Positions 48,209 to 58,553 of a stretch of 64,000 bases of DNA are shown piece by piece. Origin of the DNA: Mustelus asterias (Eukaryota). The stretch is from NCBI RefSeq assembly GCF_964213995.1, contig NC_135815.1, forward strand, positions 8,370,001-8,434,000, in the 5' to 3' direction. Within the stretch, counting starts at the first letter, position 1, and each line of letters begins with the position of its first letter. Below the pieces are notes generated by a model. It saw only the letters and a program-made list of their open reading frames with translations. It ran no database searches and was not told the DNA's origin. The position numbers and the translations under genes were made by a program.

Positions 48209-48580
48209 GGGTTTTTTAATCTACCGAATTTCAGTTCACCTCGAAGATCAGAAGGAAGGCTCCAGCCGAAGACCTTGCCCCAAACTGGAGCCTTCAACAT
48301 GTTACATTCCTTGGGGGCCAAACGGGGGGGCGAGGGCACGGTGAGAAGACTTTCCCCCTCCATTGGTGGGGGTGGGGGGAGGGGATTGCCTCTGTGTTGT
48401 TGCTGTGGATCTCCGTGTCCTATCACCATCTTCCACAGGCTGACGCCAGGAGGCTGGCAGTAGCTGGTACGTAAGGGAGAGGAACCCACTGGCACCAAGG
48501 CCCATGTACCGTTTACGTTTAGTGAGCAGGGAGGAGTGGCCAATGGCAGTCCCCATTGGGGTCAGGGGGAGGGAATTCCC

Positions 48581-48769
48581 AAAGATAAAGGCAAAATACT
48601 GCGGATGCTGGAACCTGAAACACAAGCAGAAAATGCTGGAAAATCTCAGCGGGTCTGACAGCATCTGTGGGGAGGGAACAGAGATATTTGTCTCTATTCT
48701 CTGGCTCTATTCTCTCCCCACAGATCCTGTCAGACCTGCTGAGATTTTCCAGCATCTTCTGTTTCTGTT
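48581..48769. mobile_element. Fold-back element, family B
   Basis: Same arms (gaaaatgctggaaaatctcagc...); 13-bp TSD GGAGGGAATTCCC at 48568-48580 and 48770-48782. Confidence 0.7.
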
Positions 48770-48999
48770 GGAGGGAATTCCCTGTTTGGTGCTTAATGGA
48801 TTGTGGGCCCCATTTTCCAAATTTACAACATTTCTCCCACTCTCCCATTGGGATGTAGAGGAAATTCCGCCTGCTCCCTAAAGTCCAGCTTCATCTAATT
48901 GTTACTTTCTGATCTGGCTTATCTTCCCCACGACTCTTTTTGCGAATCATAATCCTACACCTTGGGCACTGCCTGTTCACCAGGGTTTCCCAATGGATC

Positions 49000-49358
49000 A
49001 GGGGAGGCTAGTGCGATTATCGTTAGACTATTAACCTGGAAACTCAGCTAATGTTTTGAGGACCCGGGTTCGAATCCCGCCATTGCAGATGGTGGAATTT
49101 GAATTCAATAAAAAAAATTTGGAATTAGGAATCTACCGATGACCATGAAACCATTGTCGATTGTCGGAAAAACCCATCTGGTTCACTAATGTCCTTTAGA
49201 GAAGGAAATCTGTCGTCCTTACCTGGTCTGGCCTACATGTGACTCCAGGGCCACAGCAATGTGGTTGACTCTCAACTGCCCTCCAAGGGCAACTAGGGAT
49301 GGGCAATAAATGCTGGTCAGGCAGTGACATCTATGTCCCACAAATGAATTTTTAAAAA
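49000..49358 (+). mobile_element. tRNA-derived SINE family 2, near full length
   Basis: Collinear with 1931-2285. Confidence 0.75.
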
Positions 49359-49428
49359 TCCCCAAGAATCCTGGGTCAAGTAGAAGAAAGTGGGATGGCA
49401 CCGTTGGGGTTGGCATCACCGATCGTAC

Positions 49429-49579
49429 CTGAAAACGTGTTGCCAGCAGTCTGCGTTGTGACTGCCCATCTCCAGGCCTACACTGAGAATGGCGTCCATG
49501 CAGAGGACGTGGGCCGTGTGCAGCTGAACGCCCTGCGGCCTCCCAATCTGCTCCAGTTTCTGTTCCACTTTCTGTTTCA
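49429..49579 (-). CDS. ARFGEF3: ARFGEF3 exon
   Basis: (V)KQKVEQKLEQIGRPQGVQLHTAHVLCMDAILSVGLEMGSHNADCWQHVF(R); phase 1 to 2. Confidence 0.9.
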
Positions 49580-49698
49580 CTGCGGAGACACACGCACACA
49601 TCAAAAGAACCAGCTTTCATCTACATCAGTAAATGACCATCTCCTACTCTGAACTCATGGCAGCAACACTGGAGGGCCAAAGCAATAATGCACTTTAT

Positions 49699-49998
49699 GG
49701 GGCAGCACGGTGGTTAGCACTGCTGCCTCACAGCGCCAGGGACCAGGGTTCAATTCCGGCCTTGGGTCACTGTCTGTGTGGAGTTTGCACGTTCTCCCCG
49801 TGTCTGCGTGGGTTTCCTCCGGGTGCTCCTGTTTCCCCCCACAGTCCAAAGATGTGCGGGCTAGGTTGATTGGCTATGCTAAATTGCCCCTAATGTCAGG
49901 GGGATTAGCAGGGTAAATGAGGGCTATGGGAATAGGGCCTGGGTGGGATTGTGGTCGGTACAGACTCGATGGGCCAAATGGCCTCTTTCTGTATTCTA
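49699..49998 (+). mobile_element. V-SINE, tail A
   Basis: Head/core/tail. Another copy at about 50228-50475. Confidence 0.8.
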
Positions 49999-50877
49999 AG
50001 TGATTAACACTTGTACCCTGCGCTATTTCTCTTCTGGGCAAATGCAGGGTCATCCACTTTTAACCTAAAATGTACAGAACAGAATGCTTTCTAAATGGTG
50101 AAAAGATAGAAGCAGGGGAGGTCCAAGGAGACTTAAACTCCCTGTACACTGATCACTAAAATATTAACAAGCACAAAAAATAATCAATAAAGCAAGTGGA
50201 ATGCTGGCTTTTATACCTACAATAGAGGGTGGCAAAGTGCCACTGCTGCCTCACAGCGCCAGGGACAGGGGTTCAATTCCCGGCTTGGGTCACCGTCTGT
50301 GTGGAGTTTGCACGTTCTCCCTGTGTCTGTGTGGGTTTCCTCCGGGAGCTCCGGTTTCCTCCCACGCTCCAGAGATGTGTGGGTTAGGGTGGATTGGCCA
50401 TGCTAAATTGCCCCTTAGTGACTAAAGATGCAAATTAGGTCAGTTAGCCATGGTAAATGCACGGGGGTTACAGGGATTGTGTGTGTGTGTGTGTGGGGGG
50501 GTGGGGAGTTGTGTGTGTGTGTGTGGTTGGGTGTGGACCAAATGGCCACCATCTGAACTGAAGGGATTTTGTGGAACACAACAGGGTTGAAGTCATGTCT
50601 AAGCTACACAAAGCCCCAGTTAGACCCGATCTGGAGTCACTGTGAGCAGTTCTAGGCACCACATCTTAGGAAAGATATATTGACCTCGGACAGAGAGTAG
50701 CATTGACTTACCAGTATGATACCTGGACACCAAAGCTTCAATTCTGAGGAGAGATCACATTATTCCTCGCAGCTTAGAAGGAGTGATTTGATCAAAGTTT
50801 TCAAGAGGGGTCAAGATAGAGAAACAGTATTTCCCCGGGTTGGAGAGTCCAGAGCTAAAAAACAGAGCCAGACCTTT

Positions 50878-51632
50878 CATAGAAACATCGAAACTAGGAA
50901 CAGGAGGAGGCCATTCGGCCCTTCAGGCCTGATCCACCATTCATTTTGACCATGGCGGATCACCAAATTCAATGTCCTGATCCCCCTTCCTCACATATTC
51001 CATGATCCCTTTCGCCCCAAGAGCTATATCTAATTTCTTCTTGAAATCAGACAGCATTTTGGCTTCAACTACTTTCTGTGGGAGTGAATTCCACACATTC
51101 ACCACTCTCTGGATGAAGAAATTTCTCCTCACCTCAGTTCTAAAAGGTTTACCCCTTATCCTCAAACTATGACCCCTAGTTCTGGACCCCTCCACCATCG
51201 GGAACATTCTTTCTGAATCTACCCTGTCTAACCCTGTCAAAATTTTAAAAGTTTCTATAAGATCCCCTCTCACTCTTCACTCCAGTGAATATAATCCTAA
51301 CCGACTTAGTCACTCCTCATACGACAGACCTGCCATCCCAGGAATCAGCCTGGTAAACTTCACGGCGCTCCCTCTATAGCAAGGACATCCTTCCTCAGAT
51401 AAGGGCACCAAAACTGCCCACAGTACTTGAGATGTGGCCTCATCAATGCCCTGAACAGTTGCAGCAAAATATCCCTATCTCTATACTCTCACTATGAAGA
51501 TCAACATACCATTTGCCTTCTTTACTGCCTGCTGTACCTGCGTGCTTACTTACAGCGACTGATGCACGAGGACTCCTAGGTCTCGTTGAGTATCCACCTC
51601 TCTCAATTTACACCCATTCAAGTAATAATCTG
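50878..51632 (-). mobile_element. CR1 3' fragment
   Basis: RGDLIETFKILTGLDRV...FFIQRVVNVWNSLP on -; tail near 50880. Confidence 0.8.
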
Positions 51633-51950
51633 TCATCAGTGTAACTGGAAATATCTCTATGCACAAAGGGTGGGAGAAGTTTGGAACACTTTTCTGCAAA
51701 CGGCAATTGATGCTGGGTCAATTGTTAATTTTAAAATGAGATCGATAGAATTTTGTTAAACAAAAATGTCCCATTTCTCTGCTCCAAGTTTTACCAATCA
51801 TTTGTAAATCTGGTCATTTAGGGATAGGACGGGGAATGGGATTAACTGGATTGCTCCAGGGAGGGCTAACATGGACTCAATGGGCTGAATGGTGTCTATG
51901 CCGTAAATGACTCTAGGATATGTGGCAGAGGCAAGTATTTGGAGTTAGTT

Positions 51951-52506
51951 CATATGTTCATAAGATATGGGAGCAGAATTAGGCCATTCAGCCCATCGAA
52001 TCTGTTCCGCCATTCGATCATGGCTGATATGCTCCTCATCCCCATTTTCCTGCCTTCTCCCCATAACCCTCCAACCCCATCACCAATTAAAAATCTGTCT
52101 AACGCCTCCTTAAATTTACTCACTGTCCCAGCATCCACCGCACTTTGGGGTAGCGAATTCCACAGATTCACAACCCTTTGGGAGAAGTAGTTTCTCCTCA
52201 ACTCTGTTTTAAATTTGCTACCTCTTATCCTAAGACTATGACCTCTCGTCCTAGAATGCCCCACAAGAGGAAGCATCCGCTCCATGTCTACTTTATCCAT
52301 ACCTTTTATCATCTTGTATACCTCAATTTGGTCTCCCCTCATTCTTCTAAATTCCAGAGAGTATCGGCCTCAACTGTTCAATCTCTCTCCATACGACAAA
52401 CCCCTCATCTCGGGAATCAATCTAGTGAACCTCCTCTGAACTGCCTCCAATGTCACTGCATCTTTCCTCAAACACAGGGACCAAAACTTTGCACAATACT
52501 CCAGAT
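51951..52506 (-). mobile_element. CR1 3' fragment joined head-to-head with the full-length CR1
   Basis: RGDQIEVYKMIKG...FSQRVVNLWNSLP; tail ...ctcccatatcttatgaacatatg. Confidence 0.8.
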
Positions 52507-52763
52507 ATTGGATCGTAAAGTGAAAACTAGAAGTGGGCAGCAAAGGAGTCTGGGAAGGGTTTTTATTTTAACTTTAAAAGTCAGTTACCTGGGAGGTTCC
52601 CCCTCAGTAGTAGTTTTTTTTTCTCTCGGGCCCCTAGCCCTATAAATTGGTGCAGAGGAGATACCCGATCCTCTACACTGGTAGAGGATCCCACCCTTCC
52701 ATCCTCCTCTAACCTAATTATAAGTGTGGGGAAGTTTTTTGTTTTCTTTTTTTCTTGCTGGTA

Positions 52764-53693
52764 ATGGCTTCAGGGATGGCAGTTCAGGCAGTATGCTGCA
52801 TCTCCTGTGGGATGTATGTGGTGAGGAAATCCAGTAGTGTTTCAGGAGATTTTAGTTGTAAGAAGTGCATTAGATTGCAGCTTCTGGAGGAGCGTGTAAA
52901 GGAGCTGGAGGGGGAGGTAGAGGAACTCCGCATAATTCGGGAGGCGGAGGTGGAAGTTGATAGGAGTTATAGAGAAATAGTAACTCCTAGAAATGAGGCT
53001 TGGGTCAATGCCAGGAGGAGGGGTAAGAAGCAATCGGGAAGACAATCCCCTGGGGCGGTTCCCCTCCATAATAGGTTTTCGGTGCTGGAGGCTACAGTTG
53101 AGGAGGAATCAACTGAGCATAGAGAGCAGATCTCTGGGGGTGAGCCGAGTGAGAAAGCTCAGGTGGTTAGGGGCTGTAAAAGACTGGGCCTTGTGATTGG
53201 GGACTCCACAATTAAGGGGACAGATAGGAGGGTCGGAACTAAAGGTAGGGACTCAGGGTTGGTGTGTTGCCTACCAGGGGCTGGGGTCCGGGATGTGTCT
53301 GACAGGGTATTCAGGACTCTTAGGGGGGAGGGAGATAAACCACAAGTTATTGTACATGTGGGGACACACGACATAGGGAGGATAGGGGAAGGGGATATTA
53401 GGCAGGGATTTATGGAGTTGGGGTGGAAACTAAAGGCCAAGACTGACAGAGTGGTTATCTCTGGACTCTTGCCTGTACCACGGGATAGTTTAGAGAGGAA
53501 TAGGGAGAGGGAAGGTTTGAATTCATGGCTGAGGGGATGGTGCAGGAGGGAGGGGTTCAGGTACTTAAGCAATTGGGGCTCGTACTGGGGAAGGTGTGAC
53601 CTCTATGAGAAGGATGGTCTACACCTTAATCAGAAGGGGACCAATATCCTGGGGGGTAAATTTGCTAAGGCCATGCAGGGAGGTTTAAACTGA
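52764..53693 (+). CDS. CR1 ORF1p: zinc finger, leucine zipper and SGNH esterase-like domain
   Basis: CISC...CKKC, heptad LLEERVKELEGEVEEL, and VIGDS / VHVGTHD / DGLH blocks. First ATG at 52764. Confidence 0.88.
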   Translation: MASGMAVQAVCCISCGMYVVRKSSSVSGDFSCKKCIRLQLLEERVKELEGEVEELRIIREAEVEVDRSYREIVTPRNEAWVNARRRGKKQSGRQSPGAVPLHNRFSVLEATVEEESTEHREQISGGEPSEKAQVVRGCKRLGLVIGDSTIKGTDRRVGTKGRDSGLVCCLPGAGVRDVSDRVFRTLRGEGDKPQVIVHVGTHDIGRIGEGDIRQGFMELGWKLKAKTDRVVISGLLPVPRDSLERNREREGLNSWLRGWCRREGFRYLSNWGSYWGRCDLYEKDGLHLNQKGTNILGGKFAKAMQGGLN

Positions 53694-53743
53694 TTCGGGG
53701 GGGGGGAGGGATCCTGAGTAGTGGGGCTGAAAGTGAGGGATGC

Positions 53744-56563
53744 ATGGATGGGGACTGCAATGCACGGCATTGCAGAGGTGGGGTGGAGCAGGGTTTGAAA
53801 TGTGTATACTTCAATGCCAGGAGTATTCGCAATAAAGTGGGTGAACTTGCAGCGTGGATCAGTACCTGGGACTTCGATGTTGTGGCTATTTCAGAGACAT
53901 GGATAGAGCAGGGGCAGGAATGGATGCTGCAGGTCCCGGGGTTCAAATGTTTTAGTCGAAGTAGGGAAGGAGGTAGAAGAGGGGGAGGGGTAGCATTATT
54001 GGTCAGAGATTGTATCACAGTGTCAGAGAGGAGGTTTGATGAGGACTTATCTGTTGAGGTAGTATGGGCGGAGATTAGAAATAGGAGAGGAGAGGTCACC
54101 CTGTTGGGAGTCTTTTATAGACCTCCTAAAAGTTCTAGAGAGGTTGAGGAAAGGATTGCGGAGTCAATCCTGCTTAGGAGTGAAAGTAATAGGGCAATTG
54201 TTATGGGGGATTTTAACTTGACTAATATTGACTGGAATTGTTATAGCTCTAGCTCGTTAGAGGGGTCAGTTTTTGTTCAAAGCGTGCAGGAAGGTTTTTT
54301 GACTCAGTATGTAGACAGGCCAACTAGAGGTGAGGCTATATTGGATCTGGTGCTGGGAAATGAGCCAGACCAGGTGCTAGACTTGGAAGTTGGTGTGCAT
54401 TTTGGTGATAGTGACCACAATTCGGTTACGTTCACCTTAGTGATGGAAAGGGATAGGCATGAACCTCGGGCCAGTGGTTTTAGCTGGGGGAAGGGTAATT
54501 ATGAGGCTATTAGGAGAGAATTAGGAAACATAGGTTGGACTAGGAGATTACAGGGACTGGGAACGTCTGACATGTGGAGTTTTTTCAAGGAGCAGCTACT
54601 GCGAGTCTGTGATAGGTATGTCCCTGTCAGGCAAGGAGGAATTGGTAGGGCTAGGGAACCGTGGTGCACCAAAAAAGTTTCTTTGTTGGTTAAAAAGAAA
54701 AAGGAGGCTTATGTTCGGATGAGACGTGAGCACTCGGGTAGTGCACTAGAAAGCTTTAGATTGGCTAAGAGGGAGTTGAAGAGCGAGCTTAGAAGGGCTA
54801 AAAGGGGACATGAGAAGACTTTGGCGGATAGGGTTAAAGAGAATCCTAAGGCGTTCTATAGGTATGTCAAGAACAGAAGGTTGGTTAGGGCAAGTTTAGG
54901 GCCAGTTATAGATGGCAGAGGGAAGTTATGTGTGGAACCGGAGGAGATTGGTGAAGCATTGAACCAATATTTCTCTTCGGTGTTCACGCAAGGGGACATG
55001 AATATAGCTGAGGAGGACACTGGGTTGCAAGGGAGTAGAATAGACAGTATTACAGTTGATAAGGAGGATGTGCAGGATATTCTGGAGGGTCTGAAAATAG
55101 ATAAATCCCCTGGTCCGGATGGGATTTATCCAAGGATTCTCTGGGAGGCAAGAGAAGTGATTGCAGCGCCTCTGGCTCTGATCTTCAGGTCGTCGTTGGC
55201 CTCTGGTATAGTACCAGAAGATTGGAGGTTAGCGAATGTTGTCCCATTGTTTAAGAAGGGGAACAGAGACTTCCCCGGGAATTATAGACCGGTGAGTCTC
55301 ACTTCTGTTGTCGGCAAGATGTTGGAAAAAATTATAAGGGATAGGATTTATAGTTATTTGGAGAGTAATGAATTGATAGGTGATAGTCAGCATGGTTTTG
55401 TGGCAGGTAGGTCGTGCCTTACTAACCTTATTGAGTTTTTTGAGAAAGTGACCAAGGAGGTGGATGGGGGCAAGGCAGTGGACGTGATATATATGGATTT
55501 TAGTAAGGCGTTTGATAAGGTTCACCATGGTAGGCTTCTGCAGAAAATGCAGATGTATGGGATTGGGGGTGATCTAGGAAATTGGATCAGGAATTGGCTA
55601 GCGGATAGGAAACAGAGGGTGGTGGTTGATAGTAAATATTCATCATGGAGTGCGGTTACAAGTGGTGTACCTCAGGGATCTGTTTTGGGGCCACTGCTGT
55701 TTGTAATATTTATTAATGATCTGGATGAGGGTATAGTTGGGTGGATTAGCAAATTTGCTGATGACACCAAAGTCGGTGGTGTGGTAGACAGTGAGGAAGG
55801 GTGTCGTAGTCTGCAGGAAGACTTAGACAGGTTGCAAAGTTGGGCCGAGAGGTGGCGGATGGAGTTTAATGCGGAGAAGTGTGAGGTAATTCACTTTGGT
55901 AGGAATAACAGTTGTGTTGAGTATAGGGCTAACGGGAGGACTTTGAATAGTGTGGAGGAGCAGAGGGATCTAGGTGTATGTGTGCATAGATCCCTGAAAG
56001 TTGGGAATCAAGTAGATAAGGTTGTTAAGAAGGCATATGGTGTCTTGGCGTTTATTGGTAGGGGGATTGAATTTAGGAGTCGTAGCGTTATGTTGCAACT
56101 GTACACAACTCTGGTGCGGCCGCACTTGGAGTACTGTGTGCAGTTCTGGTCCCCACATTACAGGAAGGATGTGGAGGCTTTGGAGAGGGTGCAGAGGAGG
56201 TTTACCAGGATGTTGCCTGGTATGGAGGGGAGATCCTATGAGGAGAGGCTGAGGGATTTGGGATTGTTTTCGCTGGAAAGGCGGCGGCTAAGAGGGGATC
56301 TTATTGAAACATATAAGATGATTAGAGGTTTAGATAGGGTGGATAGTGATAGCCTTTTTCCTCTGATGGAGAAATCCAGCACGAGGGGGCATGGCTTTAA
56401 ATTGAGGGGGGGTAGTTATAGAACCGATGTCAGGGGTAGGTTCTTTACCCAGAGGGTGGTGAGGGATTGGAATGCCCTGCCAGCATCAGTAGTAAATGCG
56501 CCTAGTTTGGGGGCGTTTAAGAGATCCGTAGATAGGTTCATGGACGAAAAGAAATTGGTTTAG
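53744..56563 (+). CDS. CR1 ORF2p: AP endonuclease plus reverse transcriptase
   Basis: YFNARSIRNK, ISETW, YRPP, MGDFN, ILDLV, SDHN (APE); NYRPVSLTS, MDFSKAFD, GVPQGSVLGP, KFADD (RT). The frame is open from 53669. Confidence 0.95.
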   Translation: MDGDCNARHCRGGVEQGLKCVYFNARSIRNKVGELAAWISTWDFDVVAISETWIEQGQEWMLQVPGFKCFSRSREGGRRGGGVALLVRDCITVSERRFDEDLSVEVVWAEIRNRRGEVTLLGVFYRPPKSSREVEERIAESILLRSESNRAIVMGDFNLTNIDWNCYSSSSLEGSVFVQSVQEGFLTQYVDRPTRGEAILDLVLGNEPDQVLDLEVGVHFGDSDHNSVTFTLVMERDRHEPRASGFSWGKGNYEAIRRELGNIGWTRRLQGLGTSDMWSFFKEQLLRVCDRYVPVRQGGIGRAREPWCTKKVSLLVKKKKEAYVRMRREHSGSALESFRLAKRELKSELRRAKRGHEKTLADRVKENPKAFYRYVKNRRLVRASLGPVIDGRGKLCVEPEEIGEALNQYFSSVFTQGDMNIAEEDTGLQGSRIDSITVDKEDVQDILEGLKIDKSPGPDGIYPRILWEAREVIAAPLALIFRSSLASGIVPEDWRLANVVPLFKKGNRDFPGNYRPVSLTSVVGKMLEKIIRDRIYSYLESNELIGDSQHGFVAGRSCLTNLIEFFEKVTKEVDGGKAVDVIYMDFSKAFDKVHHGRLLQKMQMYGIGGDLGNWIRNWLADRKQRVVVDSKYSSWSAVTSGVPQGSVLGPLLFVIFINDLDEGIVGWISKFADDTKVGGVVDSEEGCRSLQEDLDRLQSWAERWRMEFNAEKCEVIHFGRNNSCVEYRANGRTLNSVEEQRDLGVCVHRSLKVGNQVDKVVKKAYGVLAFIGRGIEFRSRSVMLQLYTTLVRPHLEYCVQFWSPHYRKDVEALERVQRRFTRMLPGMEGRSYEERLRDLGLFSLERRRLRGDLIETYKMIRGLDRVDSDSLFPLMEKSSTRGHGFKLRGGSYRTDVRGRFFTQRVVRDWNALPASVVNAPSLGAFKRSVDRFMDEKKLV

Positions 56564-56741
56564 GTTGGAGGGTCACAGTTTTTTTTTTAACTGGTCGGTG
56601 CAACATCGTGGGCCGAAGGGCCTGTTCTGCGCTGTAATGTTCTATGTTCTATGTTCTATAAATCAGCCAGGATCTCATTGAATGGCAGCACAGGATGGAA
56701 GGGATGAATGGCCTCCTCCTGTTCCTGTGGGTTTTCAGTAC

Positions 56742-56852
56742 CTTGTGCTAAGGGGTCAGTGGTCTCAGGAATTTCTTTGTCCTCCTTCTCATCCTGGACA
56801 CACGATGCTGCTGACATCTGCGCAAGGGCTGAGGCGCAATTAGCTGCGACAC
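56742..56852 (-). CDS. ARFGEF3: ARFGEF3 exon
   Basis: (G)VAANCASALAQMSAASCVQDEKEDKEIPETTDPLAQ; phase 1 to 1. Confidence 0.9.
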
Positions 56853-56895
56853 CTGCGAAAGAAAGTTCCAATTTTAGTCACGTGACTCACCGTGA

Positions 56896-56990
56896 ATAAA
56901 AACAAAATACTGCGGGTGCTGGAAATCTGAAATAAAAACAGAAAATGCTGGAAAAACTCAGCAGGTCTGGCAGCATCTGTGGAGAGAGAA
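56896..56990. mobile_element. Single arm of fold-back family B
   Basis: aaatactgcgggtgctggaaatctgaaataaaaacagaaaatgctggaaaaactcagcaggtctggcagcatctgtggagagag. Confidence 0.6.
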
Positions 56991-57215
56991 TCTATCATAT
57001 TTCTCCCTTTCTTTAGCACTCACACAGACTTGGGATGTTAACTTTGTTTTAGATACTGAAAAACTAATTATGTTGCATATGCTTATCTGACAGGTGAACC
57101 GAATGAACAAGGAGCAGTTTGCTTAACTTAGACCCATTCGATTTCCCCCCAATTATCTCTCCTCACCTTCAAAGCCAATAATGTGCTGTTGATCGATTTA
57201 TCTTTAATTTATTTA

Positions 57216-57625
57216 CATAAGAACATCAGAACCAGGAGCAGGAGTAGGCCATCTGGCCCCTCGAGCCTGCTCCGCCATTCAATAAGATCATGGCTGATCT
57301 TTTTATGGACTCAGCTCCACTTACCCGCCCGCTCACCATAACCCTTAATTCCTTTACTGTTCAAAAATGTATCTATCCTTGCCTTAAAAACATTCAATGA
57401 GGTAGCCTCAACTGCTTCACTGGGCAGGGAATTCCACAGATTCACAACCCTTTGTGTGAAGAAGTTCCCCCTCAACTCAGTCCTAAATCTGCTTCCCCTT
57501 ATTTTGAGGCTATGCCCCCTGGGTTCTAGTTTCGCCTGCCAATGGAAACAACTTCCCTGCTTCTATCTTATCTATTCCCTTCATAATCTTATATGTTTCT
57601 ATAAGATCTCTCCTCATTCTTCTGA
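57216..57625 (-). mobile_element. CR1 3' fragment
   Basis: Typical CR1 3' UTR and ORF2 end in reverse. Confidence 0.7.
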
Positions 57626-57904
57626 ATTGATAATTTACAGCTCAAAAGTGTGCAGGTTAGGCGAATTAGCCGTGCTAAATTGCCCCTTAGTGTCCAAAGA
57701 TGTGTGGGTTAGGGGGATTAGCGGGGTAAATACATGGGGTTCCAGGGATAGGGTCTGGATGGGATGCTCTGCCAGAGGTTGATGCAGGTTCGATGGGCCA
57801 AATGGCCTCCTTCTCCAGTGTAGGGATACTAATCTATGACCAAGTGCTTGGTCAAAGGAGTGGATTTGAAGATGCGTCTTAAAGGAAGAAGGTGTTAAAG
57901 GTAG

Positions 57905-58195
57905 TGATGCGTGATTGATTCACACGGGAGGCTAGAACGTACCCGGGAATAAAGGCTTTTATTCATTACAAATAGGAGCACACTACTCAACAATATTATC
58001 CCAGACTAAAGACTACTAGGAAGTAGCAGTGACCTTTATACTCCTGTAAGAAGGCGGAGTCCTGGGCGGAGCCGAACGGAGTGTACCACATAAACAGTAA
58101 TAACAGGTGGAACACCCAACAACCCTAACCCCAACAGCAACGAGAGTAACATATATACAAGTACCCATAGTGGTAACCATCTATGGTTCACCACA
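57905..58195 (-). mobile_element. Solo LTR (291 bp)
   Basis: TG...CA ends, perfect 5-bp TSD GGTAG (57900-57904, 58196-58200); TATAAA then AATAAA in order on the - strand. Confidence 0.75.
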
Positions 58196-58337
58196 GGTAG
58201 TTGTTTAGGTTGGTAGCAATTCAATTATTTCAGGAAGTGCTGTGAAGGAAGTGGATTGGATGACGAATTATTTAGCTAATGACCACACAGCACTGCCACC
58301 CCAGGGAGGAGGAAGGAAACAAACAAAGTCTACACAC

Positions 58338-58553
58338 CCAGGGCGCAGCTGAGCCTAGCTGCTTTCCGTAGGCCATCCAGGCTCATGCAGATGGCATCTC
58401 TCTCCTTCTGGTTCTGTTCCTTAATGCCCTCCGTGCCCAGTATGAATGCCAGGCCCTTGGAACTGCCAGCCACCCGGCCGGTCAGCGGGGTGGAGAGTGT
58501 GTCAATCAGATTCTTCCAGCAGCCAATCAGAATGAACCGAGCGAAACATATTC
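58338..58553 (-). CDS. ARFGEF3: ARFGEF3 exon
   Basis: (G)ICFARFILIGCWKNLIDTLSTPLTGRVAGSSKGLAFILG...MSLDGLRKAARLSCAL; phase 1 to 1. Confidence 0.9.

Larger units (their letters stand above)
52507..56659 (+). mobile_element. Full-length CR1-clade LINE with both ORFs intact, antisense in an ARFGEF3 intron
   Basis: About 250 nt of 5' UTR, ORF1, ORF2, short 3' UTR (gggccgaagggcctgtt) and a (TTCTATG)n tail. Confidence 0.93.
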
